Source: Oculina patagonica (Eukaryota). Taken from it: a stretch of DNA of 64,000 bases. Below the pieces are notes generated by a model that had not been told where the DNA came from, ran no database searches, and worked only from the letters and a program-made list of their open reading frames with translations. The translations under genes and the position numbers were made by a program. Location: assembly GCF_052425735.1 (NCBI RefSeq), contig NC_135761.1:23746001-23810000 (forward strand), given 5' to 3'. This document shows, one piece after another, positions 50,486 to 62,443 of this stretch. Each line of letters starts with the position of its first letter. Positions within the stretch are counted from its first letter, which is position 1.

Positions 50486-51464
50486 TCAAAATTTCACAGT
50501 TAATAATAATTAACAGCTGCCCTTGAAACTTTGCTTCTCTGCCAACTGTTCATTTTTCAGACAATCGTTCAGCCTAATTCCTCTAATATACCAATTGCCT
50601 AACAGGGTTTGTTTACTAAATAATTACCAAGAAAAAAATATTGCCCACAGAATTTATATTACTAAATTGTATTATTGTTGTATATATTGTGAAATTTTAT
50701 TTGTTGTAATTCTTTAACTCAGTAATAGAATTCTAGCAAGAACAAGAGTAGTTTTAGAGGATTACAACATGTCCTGTGATGAGGTAAGATCATTTGTTCA
50801 TTACCAAGGTTGTCTTGAAAGGACACATGTCAGACTAAGTCACCATTTTTGTCAGACAAAGCCTATAAGGCAGTTATGACCTGTTCAGTTTGCTCAAGCT
50901 AGATTTAAGGAGGCTCGATGTAGTTTTTTTTAACCTCTGGGTGGTGGTTTTGAAAATAAAAATTTGCTCGGAAGCCAATCATCAAAAGTTACACCATAAT
51001 GATCACATATGACCATGTTTAATTTTTTTACCAATGTGAATTGATCAGCCACTTGATTTTAACAGTTGACTCAGGATGTTGCTGTTTGCCAACTATCAGC
51101 CAAATAAAAATTCATCTTCATTACTTATCATCAAGCTTAAAATTTACCATCTTTAGTATTTACTAAACACTTGATGATTTCGACATTGCTGATCCTAGCA
51201 GTATGCAGGACGCATGTCACCTATTAACTTAGTAAATGGCCAAGCTCACCAGGAGTGTCTCATAGCTCAGTTGGTTAGAGAAGCCATGGATTCAATTCCC
51301 ATCGGGGACTCAGATTTTTTTGTCCCATCCATGCTTGCGTTTTTGTCCCACACTTGAAAAAAAAATCATCTTCATTATTAGCCAATAGTTTATTAACAGT
51401 ATTTTTGTTTTTGTTTTTTTCTCTTCAGAAGGGGAGACTTATTCTGAGACCAAGACCAACATAA
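48139..51464 (+). CDS. CNEP1R1: CTD nuclear envelope phosphatase 1 regulatory subunit 1 (TMEM188), 6 exons, 122 aa
   Basis: Exons 48139-48163, 48254-48325, 48580-48647, 49920-50032, 50729-50783, 51429-51464 give [32 protein letters not shown]...[40 protein letters not shown]. Confidence 0.96.
50033..50728 (+). other. U12-type (minor spliceosome) GT-AG intron in CNEP1R1
   Basis: 5' site GTATCCTTT; branch site TTCTTTAAC ends 10 nt before the 3' end of the intron; no polypyrimidine tract. Confidence 0.9.
51107..51380 (+). repeat. tRNA-related repeat unit with short terminal direct repeat
   Basis: tagctcagttggttagag (A box) and gattcaattccc (B-box-like) with the anticodon arm deleted; tcatcttcatta at both ends. 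Confidence 0.7.
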
Positions 51465-51477
51465 CACATGCTTTTAA

Positions 51478-51832
51478 AGTACATATGAAATGATTTATTT
51501 TTAATTTCTCAAGGCCAAAAAATAAGCTTTCAATTCACTCAGGAAATAGTTTGTTTATAGCACCTCAAAGATGTTTTAGTTCAAAACATGGTCCCTGTTT
51601 TTGCAGGCTGTAAGACAAGTTTGCACAATGTAAAAAACGTTTTGCCTATGCCTGAGTGTGAAATTTCATGGATATGATGTACATAGCAAATTTGTATTTG
51701 TATGGCAAAGGAATCACTTCAAATCCAGTCTTGAATAATTTGAACTTTGTGGCTTGGCAACATAAAATTCAAGCTTGGATGTCTGTGGATGTTTGAATGT
51801 TAGTGAATTACAAAATTCATTTCATATGTATT
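51478..51832. mobile_element. TTAA-flanked Kolobok-like MITE just 3' of the CNEP1R1 stop
   Basis: ttaa|agtacatatgaaatga...tcatttcatatgtatt|ttaa. Confidence 0.75.
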
Positions 51833-53354
51833 TTAAAAATTATGTAACTCTTTGTTAAGAAAACATAAAGATGTATAGGAAAACATTAACAAATGTTATT
51901 TTAAATGACATGTAATGTGCAACATGCACATATCAAAACATTTGACAAAAGAAAAAAAGTTGACAACACAACTAAATAAATAGCTAGCATAATAATTTGA
52001 TGATTTTTTGGTGTTGGTGAAAATAAAATATTAAAAATAGCACATAAAGTTATTATTATCTGTTGTCATTAAACAAACAAACATCATGCAACATACTTCA
52101 GATTGCTTGTTCATTCCTATTTATCTGGCGGTTTACGGTCAAGAAACTATAGATGTTTCGGTCTTTAAGAGAAAATGAAAGCATTTTGTGGTTTAGGAAG
52201 AACAAACATGGCGGTCTGTGAAATGTACGACCCCCTATAATACATCCTCTACTGAGGGGGCAAACCGTAAACAGACAGAAACCCTTATGGGTTTCTGAAA
52301 CAGATTAATCGGACTGCTATGTTAAGGACATTATATATGTGTGACAAACTCAAATAACCACTGGAAGGGAAATATTATCTCAGTTGTGACCAGTTTTGAG
52401 GAACTACTTGAAAGGTACAAAAATTTAAAAAAATCATGTGACTACTGGAAGTCAAGAACTAAACATTACACGAGAAAAAGAAAGTAAAGCCCCCAGTAAA
52501 TGGTGGGCATAGATAATAGCACCTGTTCTAGTATTAAAAAGTAATAGGAAAACTTATTCTGGAGTCAAAAATCGAGTGGAGAGTTCTCAGCGGAGACAGC
52601 CTCTTAAATCTGCTTCTTTGCAGCAACATTGATTTTAGGCCTTTACTTCTGTAAAGTTGTTCAATAAAACTTCCAGTCAAACATGTTTTCTTTTTATGTT
52701 GGTGGTATTGAATGTGTTAAGTTCCATGGGCTTCTGGTTCCATCCCCCTTGAAGCAATTACCATGGTAACCCAAATAATGGCTGTGAAGGAGACTAGCCT
52801 GCAGCTGAGCTATCTGTGATTGAAGATAAATTAATTTTATACTAGTGCCATTTAATACTCTACGAAAATTTATGCAATGCCTTTGATTGATCGTTGTGTT
52901 GTTAGAAATCTTTAAACAGAAAAACATCACCCCAGGTCCCTGTTAGGGCTGTCTCTATTGTGCTCGTAAAATGCTGTTAAGTTGCTCACTGAAATATGCA
53001 ATCAATGGTCAACAAGTTGTGATCATTTTCTTGACAATAGTAGTTACCCGAAAAAGAGTTGTAGTACTGTCTCATCAAAGTGTAATGGCTGGAAAATACC
53101 GAAAAGCGTACAGCCTTCAGGTGTAACCCGCCTTAAAGTCTTTAAACGGTATTTCTAAATGTTAAAAATTTATATTTTCTAGTCGTCTAGTTCAATCGTT
53201 TATTTGTATAATTTGTGCGAAATACATTTATAAATTGAGACCATTTATAAATTGACAACATTCTAGATATTATGTTATGCACACTAATACAGCTCATGCA
53301 AACCGTGTGACTTAGGCAAACCCAGTCGGACTGAGTGTTACTTAAGTAACTGCT

Positions 53355-55492
53355 CTCGCAAAGAGAATAGAGAAGTGTTTACCAAAACTAATTAACTCCG
53401 ATCAAACCGGTTTTGTCAAGGGAAGGTCAAAACATAAGACTTTTAAGCGATTTAATGGAGCATTTGGATGCGAAAAGGACCGCTGGTCTGCTCCTCTTTA
53501 TAGACTTTGAAAAAGCTTTTGATAGCCTTGAATGGGATTTTGTTGCTAAAACTTTGAAAGTGTTTAATTTTGGCCCAAATGTTATCAGATGGATTTCAAT
53601 CCTTTACAATGGTGCACAAAGTGCAATCATAAACGGAGGCTTTTTAACGAATTATTTCAATATATCAAGAGGGGTCCGCCAAGGCTGCCCTTTGAGTCCG
53701 TTTCTCTTTATCCTTGCTGTTGAACTGCTAGCTTTAAAAATACGCCAAGACTCAAACTGCAAAGGTATCTCTCTTTCAGACGAACAGGAGGTGAAGATTT
53801 CACTGTTTGCCGACGATACTACTTTAATAACAAAAAATGCTACATCTCTTAAACCATACTTAAATATTTTGGATTGTTTTGGAACTATTTCAGGACTGAA
53901 ATTAAACAAGAAAAAAACGAAAGCAATGTGGATAGGCTCTATGAAAGACAGCAACCAGAAGATACTTGATTTTTAAGCCACAAAAGAACCTATTAAAATT
54001 CTTGGAGTCCACTTATCTTATAACACAAACAAATGTAGCGAAGGAAACTTTTATTCAAAGGTGAATAAAATGAAAATGAAATTAAATTTATGGCTCTCAA
54101 GAGATCTCACAATTTATGGCAAATCTTTTCTGGCGAAAGCTTTAGGTGTGTCACAGTTGGTGTATGCAGCATCTATGCTGACTGTTCCAGAAGCGGTCAT
54201 TAAATCTGTTCAGGAGAATCTTTTCGCTTTTCTGTGGAAAAATAGGAAGGATAAAATAAAAAGACTTGTAATGTACCAACCAGTTGTATAGAAGGGGGAA
54301 TTAACTTCGTCAACTTCAATATGTTAGTTAAATCTTTGCGCCTGGCCTGGATTGGTAGGCTCCTAGGAAATTCTTGTGATAAATGGAAGGCAATACCGAA
54401 CTACTACTTCCGAAATTATGGTGGCCTTCCGCTTCTCCTCAAATGCAATTATAATGTGGCACTGTTAGATAAAGGTCTGCCCCTCTTCTTTCGAGAACTT
54501 CTTCATTACTTTCAAGAACTCAAGAACATAACCAACATTTCCCCAAATGGTGAATTTATTATCTGGAACAACAAGTCGATAACTATAGAAAATGCTACTT
54601 TATTTTGGAAATTATGGCTTCAACGTGGAGTTGTTTTTGTGCAGGATGTGTTAAATCCTAATGGCAATTTCTTATCTTACGAAGAGTTTAGTAATAAATT
54701 CAACATTACAACAAATTACATGTATTATTTCCAGCTTATTGCAGCCATCTCATCTCATCTTAAAAGGAAAGCTGCACAAACATTAATACCTTCACGCGAT
54801 CTCTCATCAAACTCCGCTTTCATCTCCTCAACTGAAACCTCGATTAACCTAGCTGTAGCACGCTGCAAAAATTATTACCAACTAGTAACCAATCACAGTT
54901 TTATTATTCCAAGTGGTGTACAAAAGTGGCAGGAAAGATTTCCTGAAAATTTTACTAACTGGAGTGAAAAGTTCCAAGCAATATGTCGATCAACTAAAGA
55001 TAACAAACTGCGTCAATTCGGTTTTCGTTTCTTGCATAGAATAACTGTTACGAAGAAAGAACTCAAACGTTACCACCTAGCCAACGACGACAAATGTACT
55101 TTTTGTTCTAGTTCGGACTCAATTGAACATACCTTTATTGACTGTAATGATTCTGCAATCTTTTATTCACAAATTTTATCTTGGTTTAATCATTGTCAAG
55201 ATACTGCGATCATTTTATCCAATAAACAAATTGCTCTTCATGACATATCGCATCTGTCTGAAGGGCTTTCCAGTCCCATAAAGCGCAGATTAGACTTCCT
55301 CATCATCTTGGCCAAACAATATATCTATGCTTCTAAATGTCTTGAGAAAAAATTCTCTGTCAATGAATTCGTGAGTAAAGTCACTGTTCAATGGAAATTA
55401 AAAAACTGCTCTTATTTTCAAACAATGACTGAATAACTTTCTCCGGGTATCTTATTGCACAATTAATAAAAAATAGATAACTTTGCTCGCAC

Positions 55493-55535
<43 letters not shown>

Positions 55536-55780
55536 GGAATAATAACAAAGTTGTAATATGTTCAAATATTAATCTAATGCATAGCCCTCATTACTTTGTA
55601 TATATTACATGACAAGTGTAAAATAAGTGTAAGTTATTTTATCTTAAGTTTTGTATGCAATTGGTCTGTAAGTAGCTGTATTGTTTACTTTTCTGTGATG
55701 TATTTTTTTTTGTGTGTGTGTGTGTTGCAATAATAATAATAATAATAATTATAATAATAATAATAATAAAAATAAAAAAA
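53355..55780 (+). mobile_element. 5'-truncated Tx1/L1-clade LINE, inactive
   Basis: LINSDQTGFVKGR, DFEKAFD, GVRQGCPLSP, LFADD, CTFC...HTFIDC with frameshifts and stops; (aat)n plus A tail; candidate TSD aactgct at 53348-53354 and 55781-55787. Confidence 0.92.
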
Positions 55781-58027
55781 AACTGCTTCGTGGTTTTTGC
55801 TGCATTGAACCCTGCCTTTCAAGTCAAAGCGGATGGTTTATTATTAACCGGCCGATTTTAAGCTTCTCAAGCTTCTTGTTTATTGTCGTTTACAGATTCA
55901 CTTGGTTATCTATTTGTGGCAAGCACAACTCTTGACCGCGCCCCACTTGTGCTGCAAAAGGATGTCCAGTGGGGGTAGGTGTCTGTCCTTGGAATTTTTG
56001 ATGTAGGTTGCGTGCCACCCGGAGAAGACGTGAAAAGGAACAGAACAGAAAAAAATATCACGTCTTTAAATGAGTGCCTTGGTTTTGGAGCCGCTCCAAA
56101 GAAATCAAATTAAGCCAAATTTTCCGAGTAGGACTGGGAATGAAGTTTCTTTATTACCAGGCTTTCATCAACGTTCCATCCAAGATGGCGAATCGAAGCT
56201 GCAATGAAATTGTAATTCTGCAGAGAATTTCTGAGCTGTATAGTGTAGTGATGTTAAGATTAACAGCAACTCTGGGCAATGCGACTAAAGATCGATTGAT
56301 CTCGAGGTATGTAACATGCAACGTTTAAAAACCATTATGTTCTGCACTCCTTAATTCTGAAAATATTAAACTGAATTTTATGCCTTCAGTTCCACAAACA
56401 GCAACTCAGAGACTCAAAGGATAGTGTAGAATGCAATGGAGTTAATCTATTTTATGTTTCTTGTTTATTTTACTTTCAATTAGACGCTGAAACACCACCG
56501 TTTACTGTCCCGGTGTCTTTGCAATCGTAACGTTATAACACGATTGTTATGCGTTTGTAATAAGATGCTTTTGTTTTGCTTGCAAATGTTGTAACATGAT
56601 ACTTTTGTTTTTCACGGCGACATCGATGGCAGTTGTATTTCACTTTAATTTAACTAAGTTGCGGTTTTTAATGCAGGCTCTCTATTCGGGAGCAAGGAGA
56701 TTCACGTTGCGCCCGAGCTCTCGAAAGAAGGAGATTCACATTGCCCCCGAATAGAGGGCCTGCTCGCAGTCTACGGTTTTAACTGCTCAAAAGACGTTTC
56801 TCAAAAAGTAAAGAACAAAAAAAAAGTTTTTTTAAAAGCAAGGTACAGCTAGGATATTTGTTTCCTTGTTATAAGGACTTGCAAGTTTTTGCATACTTAA
56901 TTACGAAAGGGCTGTGAAGTGTGAAGTCTCAAAATCTAATTTATTTAATTTGTGGTTTTAACCTGGCTCCAAGGAGTCTGCAGGAAACCTCCCACAAACA
57001 CGCGATACATGCAATGTTTCTGAGAATATAACGTAGACTAATCTGCACATGCGTTTTGTGCAAAGTACTTTGCTCTAGAAAGAAAAGTACCACAAGGAGA
57101 GCAAAGGCTTTTTAAACAAATATATACCTTTGAAAACTTCATATGAAAGTAACGTAGATTTGTTCCACGTTTTATCTTGGGGCGTCAGTCAGGTGCTCCC
57201 CACCCCCTACTCCCTTCACAAGGAATAATTAATAAATTGATGTTATTTAATTAATCGATGATCAAAGTTTACAACTTAGCGCGTTAGGGCAGGGCGCTCA
57301 AAAGCCCCAACAAAACCATCACAATAGTGCATTCTGCACTAAAAATAATTAACAAATAAAAAAGCCTTGGCGGTGCTTTGTTCTGTTATAAAGCATGCAA
57401 GGAAGTGACGAGAGCATGAAAGAAGTGTAGGTAAAACAGTAAAAGATGGCGAGAGCACTCATAAGCAGCGTACTTTATACTCTCATAAAGCACACTGTTT
57501 AAACCAATCAGAATGCGATAAGATTGTTACTTTATTATAACAACAATATCCCCCACCAGGGGGCAAGGAACTAAGATATTAATTTTTGTTGTTGTTGGGA
57601 AGGGATATAAAGGTCAGTAGAGTGAAAAAAAAAAACACAATACAACTCAAATTCCATTTGTGCATAACATGTACAAGCCGATATTATATCTGCCAACTTT
57701 TTCTGGGTCAAAGGCGTGATGGTATGTGTTTTTGGTGCCGACTGTAAAGCAGTATGTCACACTATCAGCATCTGTGTCATTTACAAGATAAAACTGCATG
57801 TTGTTCGCATACACCTTGTGCTTGTGTGAGTTCTTTGTATAAAATATATCACTGACCAAATAAAAGAAAACAGGCTCTAGGGACAAGATTGCTGGGACCT
57901 AGTTTTGCTCTTTTCTTTGCATTTTAAATGGATAAAGCTTAACCACTGCTATTGTATTACTGCTCAAAAACATCAATTCTGCTCGTTTTACAAAATAAAT
58001 TACATTTAAAAGAAAGAAAAATTACTA

Positions 58028-58531
58028 CAGTCGAGGCTCTCTTAACGGACACTCTTGTAAGCGGACAGCTCTACTTACGCCGCTTTGTTTGAAACCCCTC
58101 AATCCGGCCATACAAACTCTGTATTTTTAGTTTAATTTGTCGTAAGCGGACATTCCTGTAAGTGGCCCCAGACACTTTCAGAGATTACGACTTAAACTTT
58201 TTCTTTGTTTTCAAGCTCCCATAAGCGGACATCCCAAAGAAAATTCTACTAACAACCTCTGTATCTTGTTTTTATTAATCAACTTTACATCACCATTAGT
58301 CACAATGATTTTAAAGTAATTACAGTACCATAATTTATTTCAGTGCTTGTTTTGTCATCATCTACGTCTGTCTGGTTATTGTTAGCTGAGCAAGCTCCCT
58401 TACATGTAAGCGGTTGATTCATCCCCTTCACCTCTAGTGGCCACTTACCAGAACCATTCTCATAGGCGCAAAGGTCGAGTTACGGACACTTTTTTCGCGT
58501 CCTGAGGGTGTCCGCTTGAAAGCTTCAACTG
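58028..58531. mobile_element. TA-flanked MITE (taagcggaca repeats)
   Basis: ta|cagtcgaggctctc...aagcttcaactg|ta. Confidence 0.8.
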
Positions 58532-58914
58532 TATAAAATTACACGTAAAAATTAAATAGAGAACTGGCTGCCTAGAATAACCATAAGTGGTAAGTGGAGC
58601 CAGACAACCAGGAATCAAGCAGATCACAATTGATTTTTTTTTACAAATTCAAATTTATACACATAGTAGCAGTCAAACTGATGATTGTGGGTATGACAGT
58701 TCGTTTATACACTATTGTGATTTGTTTTTAAAAAAATGTGCCTTACTTGAAACTTTTGCTTATTAACCCCCAAGGGTCTTATTATTACTGTGCATGAGAA
58801 GATTAAACCATAATAACCAAAAAAGGTTCACTTGTTCATTTTTGGAAAAGTATGTTGTGAATTTGTTCACAGGCATTGTCCGAGAAGTGATATCTGTATT
58901 CATTTGATTTTCAG

Positions 58915-59495
58915 ATGCCTAATTAACTGCAAACCTGAAGTCAGTCCATCTGTTAAACTGTCTATCAAATCACAATGCCACGGACCAAAATGCTCTAAGA
59001 TATCTTCATACAAGTGGATACTCTACCAAGAATATCCATTCACCCCAGATACCACCAGTTATATTATTTGGCTGAAAAAAGAATTAGAACACATCACCGA
59101 TACACCCCTCAATTCAGGAAGCATTGTTATCCAAAAGGACTCCTTTGAGGGTGGAAAAAACTACCGGCTGGCACACTTTTATAGTAACATGGTCAACCAG
59201 GAATGAGTGTCTATGGTATTTCTACTGCAATACTTCCAACAGGGGGAACATGTTCCATCACTCCGTCAAGCGGCATCTCACTGAAGACCAATTTTAACCT
59301 GAGATGTAGCAACTGGAAGAGTGATAGCACCCCCCCTGTCTTACAAGTTTCAGTATCAACTGGAGAATGGTCTAGACAACATTATTTAAAAAGGTTTGAA
59401 CAGTACTGTTATCTCCTGGTTGCCGCCTGGAAACCGGTCAGAAAACTATACTGTAAAGTTTGTCATCACAGTGACTGATAAATGTGGTGCTTCTG
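58915..59495 (+). pseudogene. Decayed PKD1/PKD1L-family REJ-domain exon
   Basis: After tttcag: CLINCKPEVSPSVKLSIKSQC...YKWILY...PTGGTCSITPSSGISLKTNFNLRCSNW...LSYKFQY...WLPPGN...VTDKCGA across three frames, with two frameshifts and an in-frame TAA. Confidence 0.8.
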
Positions 59496-59720
59496 TTTGT
59501 CTGTGCAGATTCAAGACTTCATCATCAAATTTTGGAAATACTCTTCACTTGCAGTGAAACAATGCTTTTCCAGACCTTTTGCAAAGCTCCTCCGTGTTAG
59601 GTTCAGCTCTTCAGGAAACAGAAACAGTTTCCCCTTGGTTACTGGTGAGTGAATACTGAGCATAAAGGTGGCGGGTGAGGGGGGGGGGGTGGGAGTTGGG
59701 CCAGGGGTGGTTGAGGAAGG

Positions 59721-60377
59721 AGTTTTCTGCAGATTGGATGACCAGCATTACACCTGTTTCACACTTTGATGAAACTTTGTATGATCCGGAGTGAACAAGT
59801 CATTATCTGGCAGACGTGCAAATAATGAGAGGTATATGATATTATTACTTGCATGACATTGTATGTTATTTGCATGAGGCTTTTTGAATGCCTCCACTTG
59901 AGTTCCCTGTAGTATGAAGCCCAATTTTCTTTTCCATTTGAGGCACAATTGCTGTTTTTGGCAATTTTTTTTAAAATACAAAATGTGCGTGTTGGCATTC
60001 CATGAGAATTAATTTGATTTGGTTGCTTGACAATACAAGGCTAAGGCTTTTCAAATGATTGTGCACAAGCCTGGAAGACAACCTAAAGAATACAACGATC
60101 ACATTTTCTTGAAGACGAGACTGTCATTCTTTATAATTAAGAAATTGTCACACTTCAACACAAAGCATTATGACTGTTGTTAACTTAACCACATTGTGAG
60201 GTACAAGAATTTGTAAATCAAAGTTGTCAACATAAAGCCATTCTGTCACCGTCTCTCCTTTGATTTCATAGGCCTCCTCGTTATCTGCCATTAATAATAT
60301 GACATCACTCTTATGGAAGACTGCCCAATTGAAAGATGTGGGGAACATACAGCTGGTCATCCAATCTGCAGAAAACT
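59721..60377. mobile_element. Non-autonomous DNA transposon with perfect 26-bp TIR (superfamily uncertain, possibly Academ)
   Basis: agttttctgcagattggatgaccagc / gctggtcatccaatctgcagaaaact. Confidence 0.75.
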
Positions 60378-61139
60378 AGGGCTCATGGTTTACGCTTTTT
60401 GGGGGTCATTGATTCTTCAATCAGGTATATAGTAATAGACTAAATGAGCTGAGTAGTTACAAAAATGAAATTCTTTGACAGGTTGTACATGTAATATATT
60501 GAAGGAACAAGAAACAGAAAATAAAATACAAACAAGAAATTAAGTATATACATAAATGGTAATTTAAGATAGAAAGTAGAGAAAAAAGGAAAAGAAAGAA
60601 ATGAAAAAAATGAAAAAAAACAGTACCAGTTAGTGACAGAAGCAAAATTTGCATTATAGGTTTAATAGGGACGAAGAGAAATTTTAATTTTTTGTTTTAA
60701 AAAACACTAAGCCAGCATTAGGTATAAAAACTTTAAAGAATTGTTAATGTTTATCATAGTAGTTTGCTTAAATATGTCTAGCTGAAGGAAAGCACCTCAA
60801 CAGTTGTGAGGGTTCCATGTTCTTTTTATGTGAAGTGTAATTGGGGCTATTTATTTTTTTTTTCTCAGCACAACGTTTCCTTAAGATGTGAGTGCAAGGA
60901 ACAACATCTTGCCAACTGGCTGTTTGCAGGCTGGTCAGTTAAGAGAGAACCTGTTTGACATCTGACGACATTTGAGCCAGTGAGTTACAATTTGTAGGAT
61001 TTGTTCTTTAGGTCACTCACTCAGGTTACAGGCATTCTCCAGATTTGCTCCAAGATTGATATTAGTAAGATAGCTAGCAATGTATAGAGATCAAAATGTA
61101 AATGTTAAGTGGTAAGGCCAAATAACCTCATTTATACAG

Positions 61140-61480
61140 ACTTACTGTGACTAGAGCCCTGGCGACAAAGACTGTTATTCTTGAAGCTCGGCATTCCGTA
61201 CGAGATAGGAACGCTATAAACGAACACATTGTGCTACCAAACAAGAATTTTTAGAGTCATTAAGAATACTCTGGACACTATTGTTGCACTCAGAAAGTTC
61301 CTTCAAGGCGTGATTTAGTTTTATCACACATCGTCTACATATACTGAGCAGGATGCCGTTAGACATTTGCATTTTTTATCTTTGCTAAAGAAAGCAGCAG
61401 TTGTGGCCAAAACGTCCAGAACATTATATTTTTAGCCAGTGTCAACCCTTTTATTTCCTTTTACCAAAAAAAAAAAAAAC
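61140..61480 (+). mobile_element. 3' fragment of a Penelope-like element
   Basis: WRQRL, a frameshift, then ILEARHSVRDRNAINEHIVLP resembles the Penelope GIY-YIG C-terminal motif; decayed hammerhead-like core downstream; A-run at about 61467-61479. Confidence 0.55.
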
Positions 61481-62443
61481 CTGCCCGGCTACACTGTTGG
61501 GATACTTCAACCAATGAAATAAACCAAAACCGGTTGCATTGAAACAGTTAGTCCCAATAGAACAATGTGACGGCATAAACAAAAAGCGTTGTGAGAGAAG
61601 AAGAAGATAAAAGTAAACTGCATTCATGAGCCAAGAGTCAATTTCTCATTAAAGTCTGCTGCAATGGGGGCAGGAGGTACTTCTCGGAATTTTTGGCATG
61701 GGTGTCCCAATATCAGAGCAAAATATACAATTTTCCATACCCTATTTCAGACTTCTGACCTCTAAAACTCGTTCCTTCAAACATGTGGACTTTTCCATAT
61801 CCTCTAGCAATACTTGTTCACATTTTATGACATCCAGTGTTTTTGTCTTTGTAATTTTTCTTTCTCTTTTTGAGATTTGACAATTACCCATTAACATTCA
61901 ATAATATTTCAGTCATGTTGATCCATTTAAAAAGCGTTATCCTATTTCAGACCAAACAGCAAAATAAGTTGCCCTAGTTCAGGGTACAATGACTCGAAAA
62001 TCACATCTATGCCAGGGTGGTAATACTTACATAGCTTATATAAAGGGGCACTTATTTGGGGAGGGGATTGCTCCCCTTCTGTTTGCTTAATTCAAAGTGA
62101 CACAGAGATTGATGTTTACAAATAACATTTATTTTGTTCAAAACATTGCTTTCATAAGAGCCAAGTGTGGCTCCATTTTTTACGCATTGAAAGAAGCCAT
62201 TCACCTCAATACTAGACAAAAACAATATCATAAAATGCCCACATACGTCCTTTGTGAGCTTTTATCTAATTTCAAGTCAACCAAGGCAATTTAAATAATA
62301 TAGACATGGGAAGTCGTTCTTTTTTTGGAATACAGTGTCTTCGGGTTAATAAAAAATGGAACAGTGTTTGCTAGGCCAAACACATGAACAGAAACGTGAC
62401 ACAGTTTTAATTTTCTCGCACACAAAACAACACCTATTTTCAT

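Noticed and set aside
51255-51315. Functional tRNA gene
   Set aside because: The anticodon arm is deleted; it is part of a repeat unit.
57647-57886. 79-aa minus-strand ORF
   Set aside because: No recognisable domain or supporting splice structure.
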